Source of the DNA: Octopus vulgaris
Lineage: Eukaryota
Length of the DNA stretch: 64,000 nucleotides
Direction of reading: 5' to 3'
NCBI GenBank assembly: GCA_951406725.2
Contig: OX597817.1
Location: 104,532,001 to 104,596,000 of the forward strand
Positions within the stretch are counted from its first letter, which is position 1. The number at the start of each line of letters is the position of its first letter. The position numbers were made by a program, and so were the translations under genes. Under the pieces are notes generated by a model. The model was not told the origin of the DNA and did no database searches. It was given only the letters and a program-made list of their open reading frames with translations. Below, piece after piece: positions 25,508 through 36,429 of the stretch.

Positions 25508-28500
25508 CCAGGAAACCGACAAGCCACCTGGTCAACTACCGAGCGGGCCGGCATACTAGCCAAATCGACTACATCCTTGCCAGAAAGAGGGAAAGATGGC
25601 TGCTTATGAATGCCAAAACCTTCCCAGGCGAAGAATGTACCCCACAACATAGACTGGTAGTTAGTGACTTTAGGATCAGGACTAAGAGGACGACCAACAT
25701 GGAGAAGAAGGGTCTGGAAGACAGAGATTTAGAGACATGTTACTTGAAGCCTTTGACGAAATAGAAGGGGGTATAGCTACACATGGGGTAGAAGACAACT
25801 GGACGCTTCTAAGGGACAACCTGCTGAAAGCCACTGACCAGATCTGTGGCTGGTGCAAAGTCCCCTTAAGACCCAAAATAACGTGGTGGTGGAACAATAT
25901 TGTTGACAGGGCTATTAGACAAAAGAAACAGGCTTGGAAGGACTGGAAGAACGGTGTATCAGACTGCCAGAAGGGACACTAGGAGGCAGGTGTATTTAGC
26001 CAGAGGGGAAGCAGATAAGAAAAAATTTGCCAATGTTCTGCACCGTGAGGATGAAAGACTTGAGGTATTTCGTGTTGCAAGACAGTGTGTGAGAGAGAAT
26101 CGTGACATGGTAGGAGAGAAATGTGTTCGCAAGGACGATGGTTCACTTGCGCTAAATGAGGATACAAAGAGAGAGGTTTGGAGACGCCACTATGAAAGGT
26201 TGCTGAATGAGGAAAATGAATGGGATAAAGAGAGTCTGCCGAATGTCGACCCAACAGAGGGACCAGCAATCCGAGTTGACAGTTCCTTAGTAGTTAAGGC
26301 AATTACAAGCATGAAAACAGGGAAAGCCCCAGGCCCATCAGGAATTACTGCAGAGATGCTCAAAATATCTGGTAGTGTCGGCTATAGCCTAGTCACCTGT
26401 ATAGTTAACCAGGTGATACACGAAGGAGTCATACCCAATGACTGGTGTAGCAGCATAATAGTCAACTGCTACAAAGGTAAAGGTGACGCCCTAGATACAA
26501 ATAACTACAGGGGTATCAAGCTGCTGCATCAGGTAATGAAGGTTACGGAGAGGGTTATAGCCCAACTAATTAGAGAGAGAGTTAGCTTAGATGAGATGCA
26601 GTTTGGGTTTGTGCCAGGGAAAAGTACTACTGATGCTGTATTCCTGGTAAGACAGCTGCAGGAGAAATACCTAGCCAAAGATAAGCCCCTGTACCCGGCT
26701 TTTGTTGACATGGAGAAAGCCTTTGACAGGGTCCCCCGATCCCTTATCTGGTGGTCAATGAGGAAACTAGGGATAGATGAATGGTTAGTGAGAGCTGTGC
26801 GAGCCATGTACAGAGACGCTGCTAGTAAGGTGAGGGTTGGCAACAAGTACAGTGAAGAATTCCGGGTAGAGGTTGGGGTCCATCAAGATTCAGTCCTCAG
26901 TCCCCTCCTATTTATCATAGTCCTCCAGGCAATAACGGAGGAATTCAAGACAGGATGCCCCTGGGAGCTCCTCTATGCTGATGACCTTGCTCTAATTGCT
27001 GAGTCACTATCAGAACTGGAGGAGAAGTTTCAGGTGTGGAAGCAAAGTTTAGAATCGAAGGGCCTTAGAATCAACCTAGCCAAAACCAAAGTCCTAATAA
27101 GTAGGAAGGTAGACCAATCACAAACGCCTTCAGGTAGATAGCCCTGCTCGATCTGTAAAAAAGGTGTAGGTAGAAACTCTATATGGTGCACCAAGTGTAA
27201 GCTATGGACACATAAGAGGTGCAACAATGTCAAAGGAAGGCTAACTAGGAAAATAGTTTTTGTCTGTGGCAGATGCTCAGAAGCAATAAACACTGAAAAT
27301 GTGCAGAGACCAACTTCTACCACGTTCCAGGGAGAAAAACTAGAAGTAGTTGATAGCTTCCGCTACCTAGGTGACCAAGTCAGTAGCGGGGGTGGGCGTG
27401 CTAAAAGTGTAACTGCTAGAGTAAGAATAGCCTGGGCAAAGTTTAGAGAGCTCTTACCCCTGCTGGTGACAAAAGGCCTCTCGCTCAGAGTAAAAGGCAG
27501 ACTGTATGATGCATGTGTACGTACAGCCATGCTACATGGTAGTGAAACATGGGCTGTGACTGCTGAGGATATGCGTAAGCTCGCAAGAAATGAAGCCAGT
27601 ATGCTCCGATGGATGTGTAATGTCAGTGTTCATAATCGACAGAGTGTAAGTACCTTGAGAGAAAAGTTGGACCTAAGAAGCATCAGTTGTGGTGTGCGAG
27701 AGAGATGTTTGCGCTGGTATGGTCATGTGACGAGAATGGCTGAAGATAGTTGTGTGCAAAAGTGCTACACCCTAGCAGTTGAGGGAACCTGTGGAAGAGG
27801 TAGACCCAGGAAAACCTGGGACGAGGTGGTGAAGTACGACCTTCAAACTTTAGGTCTCACCAAGGAAATGACTAGAGACCGAGACCTATGGAAGTATGCT
27901 GTGCGTTAGAAGACCCGGCAAGACTAGTGAGACCATAACCCATGGCCTCTACCTGGTATGTAGCCAGTCGACTTATACATACCTTTCCTTCTTGGGACAC
28001 AAAACTCCACTTGTGAAGACCCGTTGAGGCAAGTGAAAATCAAAATCAAAATCAAATCAAATCAAATCAGATATCAGAAAGCAGAACCAAAATCGAAGTC
28101 GATCAACATCAATGGAAATTGCAGCTGTGATACCAGTGCCGGTGACAAGTAAGCGAACCATCCGATCGTGGCCGTGGCCAGTGCCGCCCCGACTGGCCTC
28201 CGTGCCGGTGGCACGTAAAAAGCACCATCCGTTCATGGCCGTTGCCAGCCTCGCCTGGGCATGTAGCACCATCCGTTCATGACCGTTGCCAGCCTCGCCT
28301 GGCCCCCATGCCGGTGGCACGTAAAAGCACCATCCGTTCGTGGCCGTTGCCAGCCTCGCGTGGCCCCCGTGCCGGAGGCACGTAAAAAGCACCATCCGTC
28401 CGTGGCCGTTTGCCAGCTCCATCTGGCACCTGTGCGGGTGGCACGTAAAAAGCACCCACTACACTCACGGAGTGGTTGGCGTTAGGAAGGGCATTCAGCT

Positions 28501-28623
28501 GTAGAAACATTGCCAGATCAGACTGGGCCTGATGCAGCCTTCTGGCTTCACAGACCCCAGTTGAACTGTCCAATCCATGCTGTCCAATCCATGAACTGTC
28601 CAATCCATGATGATGATGATGAT
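25508..28623 (+). mobile_element. 5'-truncated RTE-clade LINE (end of APE, RT, PHD-like finger, repeat-containing 3'UTR, (TGA)n tail)
   Basis: SQIDYIL (APE end), KAPGPSGI, NYRGIKLL, QFGFVPG, FVDMEKAFDRVP, LYADD, LRWYGHV, GRGRPRKTW; several frameshifts and stops. Confidence 0.95.
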
Positions 28624-31600
28624 TGAAAAATAATTTTGGCAAAAGAAGATACATTAACACCGGAAACTTTAATGTAGCTAAAACAGTCCAGTTTTGAAAA
28701 CAAATGCTAAAATGAACTGACATTTTAAAAGTTGACAAAAATGTGCCAAGTTTCAAGACAGCCAAAGACTGTATGGCTCTCCTACTTGACAGTAAAACTT
28801 CAGGATATCTTAATCTCAAGCCACTAGCTGCTTATCATTCTGGGGCACTAGTCACAGTAAAGGCTACTCTAAATCTTATGTTACATGGCAATGTAGTAAT
28901 ATTAAAATTGGCTAAGTCAGGTTTCTGCATGGCTATCAAAGGATATTTTTAGAACTTACAAATTAAAACCTTGCTTTATCCAAGTTAGGTGGGTAATGAG
29001 AGCAATGCTCCAGAAACAAGAAATAAACCAACTTTGGAATTAGGGAAATGCTCTGTAAACTACCCACCTAACTGAGATAACCTGACAGATAATGTTCAAA
29101 GTAGCGCTTCTGCATTCAAACCCAACCAGCTTCATTCAGCCTTTAGACCAAACGGTTATTGCTATATTTGAAGCCTACTTACTATGGTACATTTTAAAGC
29201 AAAATATTTACTAGAAGATTGCTGGGTTGGCACCTAAGTTAAATTTAATGAAATGGAGAAAACGTGGTGGAGTTACATAAATCACACGATCAAGAAATAT
29301 CAAGAAGTAAGGTGCTGAAGAAGATGAAGATGGCCAATATGAGGATGCAGAATCACAACTTTAACATCTAAAGATTTGTCCAAAGCTTTCTAGTTTTTAA
29401 ATAAGGTTATAAACATTTTCATTGTAAAAGATCCTCAGTATGAAAAATTGATGAGGTTCTGATCAGAGCACACAATATAACTGGCTGCAACGTTTTCCTT
29501 TCTTTCTGCGACCTTTAACCATATCTTCGACAATTTTCCCGATTTCTAGATTTTCAAAGTGGAGGATAATAATTTTGTAAAAAAAAAAAATTATTTCATG
29601 CTTTTAAAATTATGCTCCCATTCTTACTAAATTTTCAGTTTTTTAACAGCTGTGAACTGTATGTTTGAAAAGAAACGAACAATAAGATTCTGCCCCCCCC
29701 CCCCCAAAAAAAAGGGATTTTATAAATTACAAAATAATGTTCGAAACTAGATATGAAGGAATTAAGCTTTATCTCGCACAGCAGTCCACACCTTATGAAA
29801 GCTTCTTTCGTTTTCTAGGAAAAAGTACGACGCGTATGTAAACATGCGTAACACTCATATCGTTACATTTTAATTTTTCATACAAATTTTCTGAGAGTAG
29901 AGAATCTCTTAGTGAAACGTTAATAGACTTGTTTCTTGACTTACTTGGCGCGGATAAAGACAGAATGTTGCAATAGCATATTTCCGAATGGTTTTCATAT
30001 CGCAAATATGTTTTCCTTATGCACATCTGTCATTTGCCTCGAGCCCTGCAGATGTACGATATTATGCTTTTCGATTTACAATTATGAAAATTATGTTAAA
30101 ATTTGGAAAAACTTTGTTTGGCAGAATCGCATTTTCTAAAATCCAAATCCAAAAATGCTTCGGAAAAGTCCACCAAAGGAAAAATTGGGTGGTAAAAACA
30201 AATGAAATTTTGTTTTTCTTCCGTACTCGACAGAGTTGCCGAAAATAATAACCTGATAAGAACCCCACCTTCTTGTTTATATCATCGAGTCTATGGTAAA
30301 ACTGGTTTCGTCTTACTTTCTCACACTTCTCAAGAACCTATCAACAACTCTAACAAATTCAATGATCATCGCTGAACATCACCCCGTGTATTCGTCACAA
30401 CAGCAAATTTACAGAAACAGTTTTAAATTCGGGCTCGCCTACTGTTATCGCCATATGAATGAATCACACGCATTTCATTTTTATTGAAATAAATATGTAA
30501 TAAATAACCTTTTTTTTCCCCCCCGAAAAACTATTAACGATGCGCACAGAACTCGTGTCAGTCAATTAGTATTTTCTTGAATCACTCCTTACGTAACACT
30601 AAGTGTTGTTGTATATGTCGATTCTAGTTGTCAAAATGACTTATGGTTAATAAGGTATAGCTGGCGTGCATACACAAGTATGCCCTTCTCCTATCGACTT
30701 TACTTCCTCATAACTTTCAGAAAAATGGATATTTTTTTAATGTTTTGGCATCGGTATTGGTATAGAGAGTGTCAGTATGAGGAGACGCCGTCATTCACCC
30801 TCTTTTTCTATGTCATGAGAGAAGGTTGTGTGGGTGAATGACGTCGTATACCGATATCGAAGGATTGCCCCGCGATGAAATTAAATAATTTAGTGCTTGA
30901 TCACGTACGTCGGAAACAAAGCCGACAGTGTCACAATTCTTTATGAATTAGAGTAGAGTATGAACATGCTATGTACTTATTAATTATATTCTTTTTGAAA
31001 AACCTTTAAAAGCAAATAATTACGTAGTAGGAAATGGAAAGTTAAAAGTTTTGTGAAAAGTAATGAAAACTTAAAAAGCTTCATGAAACAATAATAGCGC
31101 ATAATAGTTAATTAGTTAGTTCAACAATATACATACCGAAGTGAACGTAGCAATGTTGTGAGTATCAACAGGGGAGTAAATATTGTAACGATTCATACTG
31201 ATCGATTGCATCTTGAATATAAATAGATTTCTAAATATTGTTGATGTTTTGGATAATTAATGTTTGCTGTTGGGTGAATTGATCATGTGATCTAAAATAC
31301 TCGGTGAAAGGAAATTGTTTTCGACGTTTCAATAACGTCCAGGAAAGTCAAAGAAAATTGAAAAATAAATTCGTACACCGTGATACGAAGTGAGTTGTGA
31401 TATTTCGGATAGGATCCTTCGAATTTTGTTAAATTTCTTCCAACTACTTGAAGTGTCTCAAATTTTCCGCAGATTTTTTTTTAAATGTAATTTTGCATAC
31501 TGCTTTATTATTAATTTCTAGGGAAAAAATTTTCTAAAATGAATGCGATCGTCATCAGCATGTAAAACTATAATCAAAACTATTTTTTTCTAAAATTAAT

Positions 31601-32023
31601 CTGGTGAAAATTTGAAATGGTTTCAAATGGTTGGAAAAATTTAATAACATCCTATCCTTCTGTGAAGATAAGAATTCTGAACCGAATTGAACTTATGAAA
31701 CAATAATTAAGGTCGAGCGAAATAACGCATTCTGCTAAAACTTAAATACTTTTTATGATGTGATATCCTTTGTAGAAAAGAAATTAAAAAGCAATTGAAT
31801 ATTTATGTTCATTTATTTAAAGTCAGTTCCGTAAAAGTCTACTGAAATTGGTCCAAGTCGAAGTTTTAAGTCTCCGACTTATTAAGAAATAATATTCGAC
31901 TTTCCTAGATTAGTAAACAAATTTACTGGGTGAACTTTATGCAACTGACGTTCGGTTAGTGGACACAAAGGTAGATTAAGTTGCAACTTTCGTTTAAAAA
32001 AATGTTTGGGTAAATGTTTAAAT

Positions 32024-32205
32024 CAGGGGTCTCCAAAGTGGTCGATATCGACCCCCTGGGATCGATGGGACTATTCAAGGGGTTGATAAATGCTCATCTA
32101 CTTAATTATTATTATTATTTATTTCCTTGTACATGCCCAGGGATCGATGAGGGGGTCAAGGATTCCATGAAGGGGTCAATGGTCTAAAAAGTTTGGGAAC
32201 CCATG
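32024..32205. mobile_element. hAT (Charlie-like) MITE
   Basis: TIRs caggggtctccaaa / tttgggaacccatg; 8-bp TSD gtttaaat/gtttagat. Confidence 0.8.
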
Positions 32206-32213
32206 GTTTAGAT

Positions 32214-32500
32214 CAGTGCTACTCAAAGTGGTGGTCCGCGAGCCATCAATCAGCTGCCAGTATGCGGTGAGTTTCCAGAAAAAAAAGAAACATAAAGTGG
32301 TTGTATACTGTCAACATAATGTGACACCCCCGTAAGGGAAATGCTTATGTAATATTGTATTATTTGTTTACAAAATAAATAGAAGATTAAAAAAATTGTC
32401 AACTTTTATCATATTCATTATATATTGTTCCCGGTATAAATTTAAATTACCGATCCCTGGCACATTGGGGAAAAAATTGCCGGTAGTTTGAGTAGCACGA
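32214..32500. mobile_element. Second hAT MITE directly adjacent to the first
   Basis: TIRs cagtgctactcaaa / tttgagtagcac; 8-bp TSD gtttagat/gttcagat. Confidence 0.8.
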
Positions 32501-32667
32501 GTTCAGATGATGCATTCGAGACATGAACGGAATTATAATATATGGTTCGGAATTATTTCACACCGGCTGCAATAAAAATATTACACCGTAAAGCTCTATG
32601 TCAGTCTACGACGAGGTCTTATTGCTATATTGACGTTTTCCTGTAATTTTATAATATTTTTCACCCT

Positions 32668-32710
32668 ATGGCCAAATTTTTAGGACAACTTATCCGAAAC
32701 CCTTGCAGAG
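32668..32710 (+). CDS. MRPL19: Mitochondrial ribosomal protein L19 (bL19m), probable coding exon 1 (transit peptide)
   Basis: MAKFLGQLIRNPCR(G) followed by a strong AGAG|gtatgt donor. Phase 1 matches the next exon and gives a 290-aa total. Confidence 0.7.
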
Positions 32711-32904
32711 GTATGTATAAATATTTCTACATACTTTCAAAAAGAATTTTGTTGTTTTCTTTTAATTTTTAAAGTCTCTTAGGGGACACTTCAAGGACAC
32801 CGCCGTTTTAATTTCGCTTCATTTTTAACTATTTGTATATTATTTTCTACATTATTATCTTATTTCATATATGTACATCAACTTCACTAATACTGTTACG
32901 ATTT

Positions 32905-33795
32905 TTTTTTCATAAGAGCTAGTGTACCAGAATTATTTTCATAAGAGCTAATGTACTGGTCAGCGCTAAATATATAATGCCAGTTCTTCAGTTTGCGGCC
33001 ACTACTCAAAAGGAAATTTTCTAAGCTTAAAAAAATAGTCCAACATCTCGGTAGCCCGAGATGCAGTAACATAGAATAAAGTACCGTACTTGCAAACAAG
33101 CACGAGTTTGCATTTAAAAATACTGCTTCAAAAAGTTTCGCTCAACTGATACCAGCATGGGAAAATGGGGGCTAATGTAGATTCGCACCTCACCTTAAAA
33201 AATGCATTTTTCTGGAAAAGTTCATTTGGATTCCTAGGTTTTACATGTCGGAGATTACGAATATGGAAAAAAAAAATTTTTTTTTTTTCAAAAGCTGCAT
33301 GATAAACATTTTTTGTGTTCCCATTTGGAGGCGTCAGTACATTTTTTTTCTATCTAACCTCTTTCTTTCTCTCTCACTTTCTGTTATTTTCAACCATCAC
33401 TATCACCAGTACCACCACAACTGCCATACACACACTATTCAGACTTCTGACGCTACCACCATCAATACCTTTGATTTCGCCACCTTCCCCTGCACCACTA
33501 TCACCACTGTCTTTCACATCGCTTACTATCACCGTCGTCCCTGACCACCTCGGCTACCACCACCACCATCATCACCTCCGTCTCTATCACAACTACAGCT
33601 CATACTATTACTATCACCCCATTACCATCACAACCATCAATGTACCAACGCCTTCACCGTCTCTATGCCTACTATTACTCTCACCCCAACATGAGGAATA
33701 GTAGAAGTGTCATTGAATAGTGAGAGAGTGTGTCATAGTGTGATACACTGACACGCACAGAAATTCGTTTTGGCATTTATTATTATAGAAGATGA
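32905..33795 (+). mobile_element. Possible Helitron/Helentron-associated non-autonomous element with a CAC-rich core
   Basis: Low-complexity (CAC/CAT) centre at 33390-33690 and a ...ttattattatagaagat end; classification tentative. Confidence 0.3.
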
Positions 33796-34084
33796 CTAAT
33801 TTTTATGCAAATTTAGTATTCTGTTAAGTTTTACAAATTTATTTTTGTTGAAAATTGTAACATGGTTATCTGTTTTTAGAACTTAAGATTGCTTCTAAAT
33901 GTTAGGTTTGATTCTTCATTTTGCCTATTATGATATGGGTAAAAAAAATTTATACAGCAGATGAAATATATGACAAATTTATGATAATTTACCTTAACTT
34001 TCTTTTCATGTAAAGTAAATTGAAAATTATTTACAGAAATTAGTTGTTTTTTTTTTGTTTTGAAAATATAAATACTCTATTTAG

Positions 34085-34235
34085 GTGTATCAAGACTTCA
34101 TGCAGATCCTTGGCGATATTCCTTGAAGAATGAAGTTGTAGAAGATTATAGGAAATCACAGTTATCAAAAGATCAGGTAAAAACAGATAAAAAGTTACCA
34201 GTACAGAGCGATCAAGTTAAAGTTGGAGAATACAG
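34085..34235 (+). CDS. MRPL19: MRPL19 coding exon 2
   Basis: tttag| acceptor, open frame VSRLHADPWRYSLKNE...KVGEY(R), |gtaatt donor; phases 1 and 2 fit the neighbouring exons. Confidence 0.8.
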
Positions 34236-34332
34236 GTAATTAATTATTATTCTATAGGAACAATGTTGCAAAATTTTCACTTTTATGTAACTGAAAATGT
34301 CGTGATAATTTTTTTTTTTGGCTACATTTTAG

Positions 34333-34457
34333 GCATGTGTATCCAGAGTTTCTACCACATCCTAACTCGATGGTCAGGGATAGAATTAGAGAAAAATTAG
34401 AGCGTTTAGATATGTACAAACGACGAAATGTTCTTTGTGTTCCTGAATTCTATGTTG
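34333..34457 (+). CDS. MRPL19: MRPL19 coding exon 3
   Basis: HVYPEFLPHPNSMVRDRIREKLERLDMYKRRNVLCVPEFYV(G), a conserved MRPL19 segment. Confidence 0.95.
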
Positions 34458-35117
34458 GTAAATATATAAAAATGTTTGATATTCATTATTCTCTTTTTGT
34501 GAGGATAAATTCTTATCAAGCAATTTATCCTGTACAACTTAGTGATGAGTGCTATTTGTAAATTACTTTCTTTTGGTTTTTGTAGAGATGAGTTTTAAAA
34601 ATATAGTAATTACAAAATTGATTAGATGAAAACCTATTTAATGACTAGATCATTTAACAACCGAAATATATTCGCATAAGTATCTTTTATTTTATTTGTT
34701 TGTTTCAGTCATTGGACTGTGGCTATGCTGGGGCACAGCCTTAATGGGTTTGGTTTAGCTAATATCATTTGAATTTCTTTTTTTCTAAGTGTTAGCTTAT
34801 CCATAAATGACCAGTATAGTAACAATCAAATCACAAAGCAGTTATACTAAAATCTACATTTGTAAAACAAAAAAAGAAAAATCCTGACAGATTAAACTTG
34901 TTTGGGATGCCAACTGTATGCTAATTAGACATGTATGTATGCATATACACACACACACATATTTGAAGAAATGAGTAGAGGTGATTGGGTTGGGGTGAAT
35001 TTACTTTAATAATAATGTTTACAGTGAGTTACTCTGGTACGAGTTTCAAGTTTCAAATAGCCATTTTCAAACTGAAAAACATGTTTTACTGGTTGATTAA
35101 ATAGCAAAAAATATATA

Positions 35118-36371
35118 TTGGATCATCCTATAATTAATGCAGTTTTTTCAATTGCATGAACTAAAAGTTGGAGGGGGAGGAAATAAATTACCTGCATCAA
35201 CTTGCTATAAAAGCAGGTAGTAATTTTACCTTGTCCTTATTCTTAGTGCAAGTTTTGAAGAGTGCAGTTGGATTTTAACAGTTATTTTTTCAAAGCTATA
35301 ATGGAAGTGACAAAGGAGCATATTTGGCATATTTTGCTTTATGAGTTCAATAAAGGCAACAATGCAATGGAAAGTGAGAGGAATATTAATGCAATATATG
35401 GGGATTGCACAATAAGGGTAAGCCAATGTCAACAGTAGTTCCAGAAACTAGAGCCGAGAAGGTGATCTGTAGAGCTCAACGAGGATGTCCTGCAAAGCCT
35501 AATGGAACAAAATCCCATCATAACTGTTGAGGAACTAACAGAGAAGCTTGGATTTGGTCATTCAATCATTCATCGACACCTGCATACCATCAGAAAAGTG
35601 AACAAATTGGGTCAGTGGGTTCCTCACAAACTTTCCAAGTCTAATCACTCAGAGTGAATGTGTGCTCTTCTTTGCTGTCACATCTCACAAATGAACCTTT
35701 TTTTAGACCGAATAGTGACTGGTGACAAGAAATGTGTTTTCTATAAAGACAGTGTGTAGGGAAAAGAGAAACACCAGCATCCCAGGCTAAAAGAGGTCTT
35801 CACCCACGTATGGTGTTATCTGTTTGGTGAAATATGAAAGGTTTAGTCCACTTTGAACTTTTAAACCAAACAACAAAAATCTACTGCCAGCAGCTTGAGT
35901 GGTTAAGTCTGCACTAAAAGAAAAACGACCATGGAAGGTGTTCTTTCTGTGTGACCCTTAGTTGAGAACAGTGTCAGTTGGGGAGTTTGACTGGGGTGGT
36001 ACGTCTGTCAAACGGTAACGCAGGTGTCCTGATAATGCTTTGCCACATACAGTGAGGATAACATTCCAAAGGGTGAAGCAGTTCAAATGGGAAACGATGC
36101 CCCACCCATCATATTTGCCAGACATTGCTCCATCTGATTATCATTTATTCCACAATCTTCAAAATCATTTGGACAGAAAAATATGAATTCTGTAGACAAG
36201 GTTAGAACAGTACTGGAGGAGTATTTTTTTGTCATGGAAAGTGAATTTTGGAAGAGAGGCTTTGCAAGTTTACCAGAGAGTATATTTTAGATTAAAAAAG
36301 AACTTTGTTTATCTTAATTTTGAAAAATAAAAGATGTATAAAAAAAACGCATTATTTATGGGATGATCCAA
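35118..36371 (+). mobile_element. Mariner (DD34D) DNA transposon, decayed
   Basis: TIRs ttggatcatcc...ggatgatccaa flanked by TA. Transposase remnants: MEVTKEHIWHILLYEF, WVPHKL, IVTGD, DNA, HPSYLPDIAPSDYHLF. Confidence 0.92.
35949..36030 (+). rRNA. 28S rRNA gene fragment (about 80 bp, non-functional) inside the mariner
   Basis: acagtgtcagttggggagtttgactggggtggtacgtctgtcaaacggtaacgcaggtgtcct matches the conserved eukaryotic LSU domain V segment GGGGAGTTTGACTGGGGCGGTAC...CTGTCAAACGGTAACGCAGGTGTCCT. Confidence 0.88.
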
Positions 36372-36429
36372 TATTAAACAATACAAGAATACAAAAGCAT
36401 GTGTGTATAAGAAGAAGTAGATGAAGTGG

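Larger units (their letters stand above)
29780..32660. promoter_or_regulatory. Divergent promoter/5' region between STK40 and MRPL19
   Basis: CpG is visibly more frequent here than elsewhere in the window. Candidate 5'UTR donors: minus strand at 30269 (AAG|gtgggg) and 29945 (CAA|gtaagt), plus strand at 31389 (GAA|gtgagt). TSSs cannot be determined. Confidence 0.5.

Noticed and set aside
25900-27909. 413-aa and 202-aa ORFs as an intact active retrotransposon
   Set aside because: 5'-truncated RTE with frameshifts and an in-frame stop; not autonomous.
33245-33701. His/Thr-rich ORFs
   Set aside because: Translation of CAC/CAT low-complexity sequence inside MRPL19 intron 1.
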